The notes under the pieces are model-generated. The model had not been told where the DNA came from and made no database searches. It worked only from the letters and a program-made list of their open reading frames with translations. The translations under genes were made by a program, and so were the position numbers. Positions 17,348 to 25,335 of a stretch of 36,976 nucleotides of DNA are shown here, piece by piece (the stretch's first letter is position 1; each line of letters opens with the position of its first letter). Source of the stretch: an uncultured Anaerolineales bacterium (GTDB lineage Bacteria; Chloroflexota; Anaerolineae; Epilineales; Epilineaceae); contig CAYYVH010000002.1 of assembly GCA_964475075.1 (NCBI GenBank), positions 1-36,976 on the forward strand, in the 5' to 3' direction.

Positions 17348-17932
17348 TTACCAGGCGATCTTTTTGCCGCGCAAACCTGCTGCGACTCGCCTGGTGGCCT
17401 CTTCCATGTTTTTGGGTGGGGCTGGCTTCGGATCGCTGGCCCCTGCTCTTGCTCTTGTCATCGGATTGACGGACGGTTGCGCGCCGCCTTCGGGTGTTTC
17501 CGGCGCCCCGGCCTGCCCGATCTTCCCTCCGGCCTGGAGCGTCTGCATCGTCTGGAGCTGCTTGACTGGATCATCGCCAGCCAGTGTCTCCACAAGTGAG
17601 CGGTCCTCGGCGCTCAGGCTCGCGAGCGCGGCCTGAGTAAACTGCTCCATCTGAGCGGCGGCAGCAGCTGCCCAGTCGGGGCCCTGCTCTGGCGCGGGAG
17701 GCGTCGGTGTTTCGACCTTGGGTGTCTCGGCCTTCGGCGCTTCGGGCGTCTCGGCCTTGGGTTTCTCTGGCACAGCAGGAGGAGCGGGGGGGACAGCGGG
17801 GATAGCTGGGGGCGCCATCAGAAACACGGGCTGCACCGGCGCGGGGGCGGGTGCTTGCGTGGGGGTTGGGGCTGGCGCCGTCGGGGCTTCGGGCGTTTCC
17901 GCTGTTCCGGCTGGATTGGTTCCTTCGCTCAT
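17348..17932 (-). CDS. Scaffolding protein (P/A/E-rich, with tandem PKAETP-type peptide repeats)
   Basis: 194 aa. It has a low-complexity N-terminal half and a helical C-terminal half, and lies immediately upstream of the capsid gene. Confidence 0.6.
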   Translation of the reverse strand: MSEGTNPAGTAETPEAPTAPAPTPTQAPAPAPVQPVFLMAPPAIPAVPPAPPAVPEKPKAETPEAPKAETPKVETPTPPAPEQGPDWAAAAAAQMEQFTQAALASLSAEDRSLVETLAGDDPVKQLQTMQTLQAGGKIGQAGAPETPEGGAQPSVNPMTRARAGASDPKPAPPKNMEEATRRVAAGLRGKKIAW

Positions 17933-18366
17933 TTCTTGCTCTCCTGCACTGCTTGGCCAATGCGCTCCTGTAGGAGCTTGACTATGATTTTTCTATCGGC
18001 TGGCGATGCACCGAACCACGGAGAAACTCTCTGATTCCACAGGGCTTTTTTGTAATCCTGGGCGTTCGCGAATCCGATCTCGATCACGATTTGAGACCGA
18101 TCCTGGTTGACGCTCACGAGGTGGAGCGAGCGGAGCATAGAGCCGGACATCGTGAGGTTTCGGACACGAGGATCGCGCCCGCGCTTCTGTCGGATCGCCG
18201 CGTAGGTCTTCGAGTAGCTGGGCATCTGCGAGTCATCAACGCCGACTCCACGAGAGGCGCGGCGCTGGATCTGTGCGATCAGCGCCTGGGCAGCCTCGAC
18301 CAAGGCTGGGGTCAACCCGTCGAAGGCCTTGCTTGTGTCTGGTTTTTCGGTCGTCTCGACCCGCAT
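17929..18366 (-). CDS. Virion morphogenesis protein (Mu gpG-like)
   Basis: 145 aa. The LTMSGSMLRSL..V..I.IGF...YKK pattern resembles the Mu G / Phage_tail_S-type morphogenesis family. Its position between the MuF-like and scaffold genes matches Mu head gene order. Confidence 0.5.
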   Translation of the reverse strand: MRVETTEKPDTSKAFDGLTPALVEAAQALIAQIQRRASRGVGVDDSQMPSYSKTYAAIRQKRGRDPRVRNLTMSGSMLRSLHLVSVNQDRSQIVIEIGFANAQDYKKALWNQRVSPWFGASPADRKIIVKLLQERIGQAVQESKK

Positions 18367-18502
18367 ATCCCGTCCTGCGCGTAAAGGTGCACAGCTACAG
18401 GGTAGAGCGGCTTAGATCGGGCGCGCAAAAACCATTCAGGAATTTTGAGGCAAGGGATGAATTTTGGTGGGGATTTTCTTAGACAGGGAGGGGGCCAGAT
18501 GT

Positions 18503-18540
18503 AGAAAAACCGCGCTGATACTTGGCGGTCTCACGCGGTT
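18503..18540 (-). terminator. Probable intrinsic terminator downstream of the lipoprotein gene
   Basis: The minus-strand RNA reads AACCGCG-(19 nt)-CGCGGUU followed by UUUCUAC. It sits in a 268-nt intergenic region. The large loop makes it weaker than the capsid terminator. Confidence 0.45.
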
Positions 18541-18634
18541 CTTCTGCAGAAAGCTATTTACTCACAACCCCTTACGGGCAGGAGCCGCGCAAGGTTGCAA
18601 GAGGATACTACCAACCCCTCGCGCTGCGGTCAAC

Positions 18635-19081
18635 CTATTTCTTCCGACAGAGGTGGTCGTAGCAACTCTCTCCGCTCGCGCAGTCGGCGTTGGAGTAGCA
18701 GCCAGGGCGCCAGCAGTAGCCCTTCTTGGGGAGGGGCCGACCAACACTGCACACGTCGAGCATACAGTCGGCCCAGGGGTCGCACTCTGAGGTCGTGTCA
18801 CAGCGACCGAACCCGACACAGGGAGGCCAATCCTTCTTCGACAGGACGGGCCTCTTGACGCACGTTCCCGCCGAGCAATTCTTCGCCCATCGAGCCGCGG
18901 GATCGCAGCAGAAGAATCCCTCCTCACATGGGTGACCGTGCGAGCATTTGGGGGGCGCGTCTGCGACGTTCTCCACCGTGGACGCGTCGGCTGTCGGCTC
19001 GACGCTGGGACTGCTCCCACAGGAGGAGAGCCCCCAAAGAACCGCGAGTGTTGCCAGGGCTGTAATGATCGTCCACCTCAT
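18635..19081 (-). CDS. Cysteine-rich secreted lipoprotein (moron-like insertion in the head module)
   Basis: 148 aa. The N-terminal signal MRWTIITALATLAVLWGLSS-C carries a lipobox-like LSSC. The mature part contains 16 further cysteines in C-x5-C type spacing (for example CYSNADCASGESCYDHLC). An AGGAGA Shine-Dalgarno lies 6 nt before the ATG. Confidence 0.75.
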   Translation of the reverse strand: MRWTIITALATLAVLWGLSSCGSSPSVEPTADASTVENVADAPPKCSHGHPCEEGFFCCDPAARWAKNCSAGTCVKRPVLSKKDWPPCVGFGRCDTTSECDPWADCMLDVCSVGRPLPKKGYCWRPGCYSNADCASGESCYDHLCRKK

Positions 19082-19084
19082 AGT

Positions 19085-19876
19085 CTATCTCCTACCGGCT
19101 GCGTTGGCGCGGGCGATCCGCGCGTCTGTGGCTTTGGGTACGCCAGCGGCTTTGATATAGGCCTCCGTCACTGGCACCCACGAGTGGCGGCAATTATAGC
19201 CACCCCCGTAAGAATTGGTAGGGAGGCCCTGCCCGTTTTTCAGACGGCGCCGCTGTCCAGCCGCCAAGGCGTACCCCTCCAGCTCGTGACAGAACCCCCG
19301 CGTGGCCCGGTCGTCTGGCCCGACGTAGAGCCAGTAGACGTCACCAGGCAGCTGCGATGCGGCCTGCGCTGCGGTCTGTCGCTGGAGTCCACCGAGCGCC
19401 GTGCTGGTGACGGTCCGGGCCTGGGCGAGCGGCTGCTGTGTGAGGTCTGCCGCGATGCGGGCGAGCTGCCCGCGTGGGATCGGAGTAGAGGCCGCCTGGT
19501 TGAGCAGGCCAGCGAGGCCCTTATTGAGAGATTTTGTGACGACCTCCACCTCTTTCATGGCCCGCTGAGCAAACACGAGCTTCGCCCGCCTCGACACGGC
19601 AGGCACAGCCAACCCCAGCTCGTCGAGCAGCGGGGAGGCCGAGAGGATCGCCGGTTCCGAGAGCGCCCCGATCTGGGCAGCGACGGCGCCGGGGAGGTCG
19701 ATCTCCTTCAGGATCGAGGTAGCCGAGCGCCCGCCGATCAGACCGTCAGCGTCCACAGGTAGGGCGCGCACAGCTGCGACGATCGCCCGCTGGAGTGAGG
19801 CAAAGAGCGGGTCGGCCTGGCGCAAGAGATCGTCGAGAGAGCTGCTCGACCGTCTGATCGCAGACTGGATACTCAT
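19085..19876 (-). CDS. Minor head protein, Mu gpF / SPP1 gp7 family
   Basis: 263 aa. Characteristic C-terminal motifs are present: GPDDRATRGFCHELEG and GGGYNCRHSWVPV. It lies directly after the portal gene. Confidence 0.8.
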   Translation of the reverse strand: MSIQSAIRRSSSSLDDLLRQADPLFASLQRAIVAAVRALPVDADGLIGGRSATSILKEIDLPGAVAAQIGALSEPAILSASPLLDELGLAVPAVSRRAKLVFAQRAMKEVEVVTKSLNKGLAGLLNQAASTPIPRGQLARIAADLTQQPLAQARTVTSTALGGLQRQTAAQAASQLPGDVYWLYVGPDDRATRGFCHELEGYALAAGQRRRLKNGQGLPTNSYGGGYNCRHSWVPVTEAYIKAAGVPKATDARIARANAAGRR

Positions 19877-21252
19877 GTCTCGGCGTCCTCAGTGGTCGGG
19901 CCTTCGGCGTCCATCGGCGGTGGCTCGGGAGTCAGTGGCTCCATCGCTGGGATCGCCAACCCTGCGCCCTCTTCGAGCTTCTCCTCTTCGATCTGCTCGA
20001 TCTGCTGTGGGGTGTAGCCCTGCTCTCGCTGGGCCTGGGCGACCGAGATCACGCCGGAGCGCAGTTGGATCTCGTGGAGCTGCGCGAGCTCGAGCGGAGA
20101 GGCTGACGCACCCAGCTCTGCCCAGTCGAGCTCGAGCCGCCCCTCTGGCAGTGCAACCCCCGCATCTACAGCGAGGACAGCGCGCGCCACGCTGTAGAGG
20201 CGCTGCTCCCACATCTCCCAGATCATGCGCTGCTGCGCCCACACTGCCTCCTGAGAGCGGAGCTTGATTGAGAGGGCGTATCCGCTCTGAGCATCGAGGG
20301 AACCACGCACAGACTCGGGCCTGATCCCGTAGAGCGCGAGCGTTTGGGCGGTTGCGTCAAGCATGGTCTCCAGGTGTTCGCGGAGATTGGCTTGCATGTC
20401 CAGCGCGCCGATCTGCGAGTTCTGCCCTCGCACATGGACCCACGAGGCGGGATCAGAGAGTACCTCGAATGGGACTTCTCCGTCATTCCGCACCCACCCC
20501 TGCTTATGGCTCTGCAGGTGTCTCAGGTGGTTGTGTTCGGTCTTCGCGGTGGCTGCGAGGTAGGTGGCCTGCTCTAGCCCGAACGAATCCTCGACCTGCC
20601 AATACCCAGAGGCCGGGTAGCTCGCGAGCGCGACGACGTAGGGGATCAGCCCATAGCGGTTGGGTTCCCGGCTTTTAGGCTGGTAGGCTTTATCGAAGAT
20701 CACCTGCTCCTCATCGTCCCACGCCTCGAACGTCCCGTCAGACCGCTCGATCACGATCAGGCGCAGCTTGGTGCGGTCAACGTGATCGTGTTGGACGAAC
20801 ACCCGATGTGAGGGGATCAGATCGACGATCACGCGCTGCTCACCCTCTGGCACCATCGGGCTGATTACGATGGACCGCGTGGCGTAACAGATCCGGGCCG
20901 CCTGGTCGAGCGCCATGTCGAGCGCCCCGTCTGCGGTGTACGGATCGAGCGGGTCCTCTCCGTCCACCGACTCCACGCCAGCGACTGAGCGCTGCGGAGG
21001 CTTCGAGTAGATCTTCGCCAGCTCGTCAGAGGCCCACCGCAGCGGGTTGATTGAGATGTCGAGTTGCTGCTCTAACAGCCTGTATGTCTGGTCACTGAAG
21101 CGGGCCTTCAGGTACTGCTTGAGCAGATTATCCCAGTCATTGCGATAGATCTTGTAGGTCTCCCGCTGGCTCTTCATCCGCTCGCGCTCGTCCTTGGCCT
21201 CCCAGGCCTTGCGCCATCCCATCGAATCTGCTGCTGCAATCGGCTCTTTCAT
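19873..21252 (-). CDS. Portal protein
   Basis: 459 aa. It lies immediately downstream of the large terminase and upstream of the MuF-like gene, and has an acidic C-terminal tail. Confidence 0.75.
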   Translation of the reverse strand: MKEPIAAADSMGWRKAWEAKDERERMKSQRETYKIYRNDWDNLLKQYLKARFSDQTYRLLEQQLDISINPLRWASDELAKIYSKPPQRSVAGVESVDGEDPLDPYTADGALDMALDQAARICYATRSIVISPMVPEGEQRVIVDLIPSHRVFVQHDHVDRTKLRLIVIERSDGTFEAWDDEEQVIFDKAYQPKSREPNRYGLIPYVVALASYPASGYWQVEDSFGLEQATYLAATAKTEHNHLRHLQSHKQGWVRNDGEVPFEVLSDPASWVHVRGQNSQIGALDMQANLREHLETMLDATAQTLALYGIRPESVRGSLDAQSGYALSIKLRSQEAVWAQQRMIWEMWEQRLYSVARAVLAVDAGVALPEGRLELDWAELGASASPLELAQLHEIQLRSGVISVAQAQREQGYTPQQIEQIEEEKLEEGAGLAIPAMEPLTPEPPPMDAEGPTTEDAET

Positions 21253-21256
21253 CGCT

Positions 21257-22573
21257 CTATCTCCTCCGTGGTAGTTGCTCTACTGGTCTCACGATACTCA
21301 CCGCAGGCATCGGGCAGAGGTTGACGACAGCGTACCGCAGCGCGTCGCGGACGTGGTCGTATTTCCCGTCTTTGATCGGCTGCCCATCCTGTGGTTTTCC
21401 CTTGCTCTCGTGTCGTCGTGACTCCTGGATCGACCGGACGATCCCGCGCTCTGTTGGGTCGTCGAGGAGGCGTGGGTGGAAATACAGCGAGGGCGGCCCG
21501 TCGTATGGCTTGAGCTTCCCACGCATCGCTGTAATGCCCGATGACACCGAGCGCTTCACTGGGTCAGTCGTCCACTTGCAAGCGAACCCTCGCCCCTCCA
21601 ATACTGAGACAGAGGAGAGGTGCGTGGCCTCGCTGCGGTGGCGCCCTGCCACGTCGATATAGACGGTCCCAAGGCTGCGCCAGTTGCGCTCGTATTTCAT
21701 GCGCTCCCAACGGTCAGGCATCCACAGTGTGGGCACGTCGTCGAGCATCAGCTCATCGAGTACGTGGATGCAGTCTTTCGCCCCGTGTGTCCGGCACCAT
21801 GGGTAGTGTTGGAAGAAGAGCGCGGCGCTCTTGTCGGCGGCCGGGTCGAGGGCGATGTCCACAGGATAGAACGAGTCATAGAGATCCGGGTTGGAGGTGT
21901 GAATCTCCTCGGAGTATTCGGGGAAGACGCCACCCCCCATGTGCATCCACTCGCCATTGACGTAGCTCTCGTATAGCTCCGGCGGCAGCGAGCGCTTCAG
22001 CCGATCGTAGTAGTCGGCCTGAAGGTTGGTGGCGTTCTCGTCGGTGCGCGCGACGATCTCCGCGAAGTCGGGGTTGTCGCGGAAGCGCCGGGCGATCCAG
22101 TTGAGTTCGGGTGTGGTGAACAGCCCCTCGAAGGGGTATGGAGCATCGACCCGGATGCGGCTCATGAATTTGTCGTAGCTCGCTTCCGGCCAGTAGCGCA
22201 CCTCGTCACCGAGCGCCCAAGCGACGTTGCGACCGTCGAGGCTGTCCGGCTTATGCGCCCCTGCCCACTGGATTGAGGAGCCGTTATTGAGCCTCACGAC
22301 CCGCTCGATCTTGTTGACGCTGCGGTAGGTTCCGGCCTGCTGGAGCATGAGGATCAGCGGTCGGATGATTTCCAAGTAGCAGTGATTGAGATTGTGCGAG
22401 CAGATTAGCCCGCTGTGCCCAGGGTTGAGGTGGGCGAGCCGCTGGCCTGTAAAGATGGTTGTGTTAGTCTTCCCCGTCCCCACACCTGAGCGCCAGAACA
22501 GCCGACGACCCGGCCGCATCGCACGGAGCCAGCGCTCCTGCGCCGGGTTGGGTGTGTAGGGGATATGGCCCAT
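21257..22573 (-). CDS. terL: Terminase large subunit
   Basis: 438 aa from ATG 22573. Walker A is GVGTGKT and the Walker B-like motif is ALGDEV. The C-terminal nuclease-type region has conserved D residues (VDIALDPA, YDHVRDAL). The track extension to GTG 22705 is R/C-rich and looks non-coding. Confidence 0.85.
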   Translation of the reverse strand: MGHIPYTPNPAQERWLRAMRPGRRLFWRSGVGTGKTNTTIFTGQRLAHLNPGHSGLICSHNLNHCYLEIIRPLILMLQQAGTYRSVNKIERVVRLNNGSSIQWAGAHKPDSLDGRNVAWALGDEVRYWPEASYDKFMSRIRVDAPYPFEGLFTTPELNWIARRFRDNPDFAEIVARTDENATNLQADYYDRLKRSLPPELYESYVNGEWMHMGGGVFPEYSEEIHTSNPDLYDSFYPVDIALDPAADKSAALFFQHYPWCRTHGAKDCIHVLDELMLDDVPTLWMPDRWERMKYERNWRSLGTVYIDVAGRHRSEATHLSSVSVLEGRGFACKWTTDPVKRSVSSGITAMRGKLKPYDGPPSLYFHPRLLDDPTERGIVRSIQESRRHESKGKPQDGQPIKDGKYDHVRDALRYAVVNLCPMPAVSIVRPVEQLPRRR

Positions 22574-22726
22574 TAGCGCTGAATCTCCTCCAGGGTGAAC
22601 CAGGTCGTGTTCTCGCGGCACTCGTCGTGATCTCTGCACAGCCAGACGAGCCCATACACACGGACCACGGCAGACTGAGGGAGCCACCTCTGGCAGCAGC
22701 GACACTGATGGGTGGGCGCCGTGCGG

Positions 22727-23044
22727 TCACTCGTCTCCGGCATCGTCATCCTCCATCCATTCGACCTGGCCGCTTCGTCTTGCGTTCTTTTGCCGAACCT
22801 CTGCTCTCAATTGCTCATCTGTCATGTGTACCTTTCTCCAAAATACACATTCTGGTATCGGGTCATCATGTCCCAACGACTCGCGCCGGAGAGACGCTGC
22901 GAGGCGAACGTGCTTCTTCGCCTCTTTGGCATACCCTCTACTGCGCCACTCTCTCGCCCAAGCGATGTGGGACCTGATTCGCCCTTTGAGATTTTCTTTC
23001 ATTCCAGCCACTGCCTCGCTGGGGGATATGGTAGCTATATCCAT
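22727..23044 (-). CDS. Small protein between TerS and TerL, sharing the TerS C-terminal EWMEDD tail
   Basis: 105 aa from ATG 23044, with TGATG overlapping the TerS stop and a GGAGGAG Shine-Dalgarno. The C-terminus is VEWMEDDDAGDE. GC is visibly lower than in its neighbours. Confidence 0.6.
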   Translation of the reverse strand: MDIATISPSEAVAGMKENLKGRIRSHIAWAREWRSRGYAKEAKKHVRLAASLRRESLGHDDPIPECVFWRKVHMTDEQLRAEVRQKNARRSGQVEWMEDDDAGDE

Positions 23045-23541
23045 CACTCCTCCTCGCCTCCCTCGTCATCCTCCATCCATTCGTCCGAATACTCCGGTCC
23101 GCTGGTCACTTTGCTTGGAGGCGGCTTGTCTGGCTCGGAGGCTTTCGGTGGAGCCCAATCTGCGCGCGCCTGGTGCTGGAGCCATGCGAGTGCGTACTGT
23201 GGGTAGATCTCCTCGCGGGTCTCGCGAACCTCCTCGACCACGCGCATCCTGCCGTCCTCGCCTCGCTCCAGCTTCTTTCTGATGACCTTTTTCTTGGTGC
23301 CGGTGAATGCTTTCTTGATGCATTTCTCGGCCTGTGCGCGGGTGTAAGCCCTCGCTTCTTCTATAGTATCCAGCAAGTCTATGTAGCGCTCGTCACCGCT
23401 GCGACCCCTCTGGAGCCAGCTGTACCACGTACTCCGGGGGACTCCACAGTTGAGGGCGGCGGTGACCGGAGCCTCCCCCGCTTTAATCCGTCGGACGATC
23501 TGGCCCTGTAGCGCTGGTGTCAGTGTCGTGGGTCGTCCCAT
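23044..23541 (-). CDS. terS: Terminase small subunit (N-terminal HTH)
   Basis: 165 aa. The N-terminus MGRPTTLTPALQGQIVRRIKAGEAPVTAALNCGVPRSTWYSWL matches the common MGRP..T.E....I......G.....A...GV...T...W small-terminase pattern. It lies upstream of TerL and ends DEWMEDDEGGEEE. Confidence 0.65.
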   Translation of the reverse strand: MGRPTTLTPALQGQIVRRIKAGEAPVTAALNCGVPRSTWYSWLQRGRSGDERYIDLLDTIEEARAYTRAQAEKCIKKAFTGTKKKVIRKKLERGEDGRMRVVEEVRETREEIYPQYALAWLQHQARADWAPPKASEPDKPPPSKVTSGPEYSDEWMEDDEGGEEE

Positions 23542-23876
23542 TATCTCGCAATCCTCGACTGCTGAATGTGTGCGATCGTGCAGAGTTCGCTACAAAAATA
23601 GTAGGTCTCCGGGGGCTTATCCGCAATGTCCCGATAGCTGTGGCCCTCGGACCACCAGGCGAACGGTCGGGAGCAGTAGTCGCACGGGCGGCTCGTCAGA
23701 GCGTCCCACCGATCGGCGATCCATGCGGTGGCTCTGTGTTCTCTGGATCGACACACGTGGTAGTTGATCCAGGTCCTGCTCACCCCACACTTGCGCGCCG
23801 CCTGGGCAGGGGTGAGGCCCGACTCGATCAGCCCGTACACCCGCCGCAGCTTGGCCTCGTGATCCCGCCTCGCCAT
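23541..23876 (-). CDS. HTH plus C4 zinc-ribbon (FCS/TRASH-like) protein, paralog of 24483-24875
   Basis: 111 aa. The HTH-like segment is GLTPAQAARKCGVSRTWINYHV, followed by PCDYC-x26-FCSELC. TAATG overlaps the TerS start. Confidence 0.6.
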   Translation of the reverse strand: MARRDHEAKLRRVYGLIESGLTPAQAARKCGVSRTWINYHVCRSREHRATAWIADRWDALTSRPCDYCSRPFAWWSEGHSYRDIADKPPETYYFCSELCTIAHIQQSRIAR

Positions 23877-23880
23877 CGGC

Positions 23881-24075
23881 TTACTCCTCCTCTCTTGGCA
23901 CGAGGACCAGGGCCGTTACGGTCTCAACCTCGCCGTCCTCTCCCGCCATGAGGACATCGCGCACCAGGATGTCCTCCACTTCTAAAACATCATGCTCCGG
24001 ATCAGTCACTGGGAGCATGACGGGCGCGTCGTCGTCGAAATCTCGAAGGGCCCATCGCAACTGTTGAACGTTCAT
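23881..24075 (-). CDS. Small, very acidic protein
   Basis: 64 aa and rich in D/E (DFDDDAP, EVEDILV, GEDGEVE, PREEE). Confidence 0.5.
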   Translation of the reverse strand: MNVQQLRWALRDFDDDAPVMLPVTDPEHDVLEVEDILVRDVLMAGEDGEVETVTALVLVPREEE

Positions 24076-24079
24076 TCTC

Positions 24080-24283
24080 CTACTCCTCTTTTAGCTCGCC
24101 AAACGCCTCGATACACTCGACACAGATCCAGTGCTGGCGCACAGAGACCGATGTGGTCCCGTCACCGGCCGTGAGGCGTGACACGATCCGCACATCGTTA
24201 TAGCCGCCGCAGATGAGACAGATCGCCTGATTTGTTGGGTCGATACCAGACGAGGTCATTAGCATTTTTGGGAGTACGCCCAT
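24080..24283 (-). CDS. Small zinc-ribbon protein
   Basis: 67 aa with two CxxC pairs, CLIC and CVEC. Confidence 0.55.
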   Translation of the reverse strand: MGVLPKMLMTSSGIDPTNQAICLICGGYNDVRIVSRLTAGDGTTSVSVRQHWICVECIEAFGELKEE

Positions 24284-24481
24284 TTAGCTCTCCTCCTCTT
24301 TTGGCGCAGGGGTGGCGCTCAGAGCCACGACCGATACGCACCGTGGACAGAGGTGGACCTCCACATCCCTCGGCGCCCCTCGATGTCGATCGAGTTTCTC
24401 GTCCTCCAGATCAAACGCAACGAGCGTCTTGAGCACCAACTCACGATCACACAGGTCGCAGTAGTATTTCTCTCGAATCAC
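24284..24481 (-). CDS. Small zinc-ribbon protein
   Basis: 65 aa from GTG 24481. GGAGG lies 6 nt upstream, and the upstream TGA is at 24483-24485. The CxxC pairs are CDLC and CPRC. The track ORF start at 24559 would overlap the upstream gene by 77 nt. Confidence 0.5.
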   Translation of the reverse strand: MIREKYYCDLCDRELVLKTLVAFDLEDEKLDRHRGAPRDVEVHLCPRCVSVVALSATPAPKEEES

Positions 24482-24482
24482 C

Positions 24483-24875
24483 TCACACCTCCTCTGGTCG
24501 TCTAGTCTGGCTCCCTGTCCCGCCGAGTACGTCTCCGGCGGGCAGCCCCTCCTCTGCATCTAAATCGAGGGCGTCCCATTCCCCACGGCACTCCTCGCTG
24601 CAGAAGTACATCCGCATGACGATCCCCCCATATCGGTCCAGTCGGCTGAGCCACTCTGTGGGCAGCAGGATCTCCCCGCAGAGGTCGCAGGGGTGCGCCA
24701 TGATCGCGGCGTATCTCTCGTAGATCCACGCGGGCGCCTGGCCCGCTCTGGCCTGGATCGCGAGGGGTCGGATCTCGTTGTAGCAGCGGGCCGCTCTCGT
24801 CGCCTCTGTCATCGTGAGGCCCTTCTCCGCGAGGGTGAGGGCCTTTTGAGCGCGCCTGATCCAATTTATCGCCAT
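24483..24875 (-). CDS. HTH plus C4 zinc-ribbon (FCS/TRASH-like) protein, paralog of 23541-23876
   Basis: 130 aa. It contains GLTMTEATRAARCYNEI, AWIYERYAAI and PCDLC-x25-FCSEEC. It aligns by eye with the 111-aa protein: AWI..R(W/Y), PCD.C and YFCSE.C. Confidence 0.6.
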   Translation of the reverse strand: MAINWIRRAQKALTLAEKGLTMTEATRAARCYNEIRPLAIQARAGQAPAWIYERYAAIMAHPCDLCGEILLPTEWLSRLDRYGGIVMRMYFCSEECRGEWDALDLDAEEGLPAGDVLGGTGSQTRRPEEV

Positions 24876-25096
24876 GGCAGCGCATCCTCTCCAGCGGCCT
24901 CAAGCCGCTCGCTTCGGCACCAGCTGCACTCAGGCACCCGCTCGCGGAGGAGCCGCGTGTGAACGAGTCCACAGTCCATGCAGAGGCGATATTTGATGAG
25001 CACTTGAGGCTCTGTTGCGTCTGCAAAGGAGGCTGTCCCCACGAAGGGGGTGCGCCTCGCCCATCGTGCCCACGGGTGGGTTGTCGGCTGCTTCAT
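24866..25096 (-). CDS. Small zinc-ribbon protein
   Basis: 76 aa from ATG 25096, with an ATGA overlap and a GGGGGAGG Shine-Dalgarno. The CxxC pairs are CMDC and CSWC. The track ORF extension to 25348 overlaps gene 25093-25335 out of frame. Confidence 0.55.
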   Translation of the reverse strand: MKQPTTHPWARWARRTPFVGTASFADATEPQVLIKYRLCMDCGLVHTRLLRERVPECSWCRSERLEAAGEDALPWR

Positions 25097-25335
25097 ACCT
25101 CCCCCTGGTCGAACCGCTCGCGCCAAAAGTAATGCCAGATCCTCCCGACTCGACGCCGCACGATGCGGCCATCGAGGTAGAGTTTTCTGGTGAGGTTCTG
25201 GCAGTCGCTCGGGTTCATCCGCACGATCCGGCTGATCTGCGCCACGGAGACCGGATCCTCGGCCTCCATGATCGCGGTCAGGATCCGCATGGGTTGGGAG
25301 GGCTGCCCCGTGGGCGAGCAGGCGATCTTCGTCAT
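25093..25335 (-). CDS. Winged-helix DNA-binding protein
   Basis: 80 aa. MRILTAIMEAEDPVSVAQISRIVRMNPSDCQNLTRKLYLDGRIVRRRVG has MarR/ArsR-like wHTH spacing. Confidence 0.55.
   Translation of the reverse strand: MTKIACSPTGQPSQPMRILTAIMEAEDPVSVAQISRIVRMNPSDCQNLTRKLYLDGRIVRRRVGRIWHYFWRERFDQGEV

Noticed and set aside
16130-17599. Long plus-strand ORF (489 aa) and similar long antisense ORFs (15316-16230, 12664-13530, 18932-19762, 30581-31447, 7804-8439, 8210-8881)
   Set aside because: They lie antisense to genes with clear structural or enzymatic signatures. Their translations are R/G/A/P/H-rich and low in complexity. They lack Shine-Dalgarno contexts. Long stop-free shadow frames are expected in high-GC DNA.
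18367-18502. A sigma70 or sigma54 promoter restarting transcription after the lipoprotein terminator
   Set aside because: The candidate hexamers (for example TTGCCT with no acceptable -10 at 16-18 nt) and the GG/GC spacing do not fit either consensus. The long spacer probably has a function, but I cannot support a specific promoter call.
22574-22729. TGA read-through or recoding joining the 105-aa protein to TerL (both are in the same frame, separated by one TGA at 22727-22729)
   Set aside because: Sharing a frame has a one-in-three chance. TGA is used as an ordinary stop at many other genes here. The intervening conceptual peptide is R/C-rich and unlike coding sequence. TerL has a good ATG at 22573 at the usual distance from its Walker A motif.
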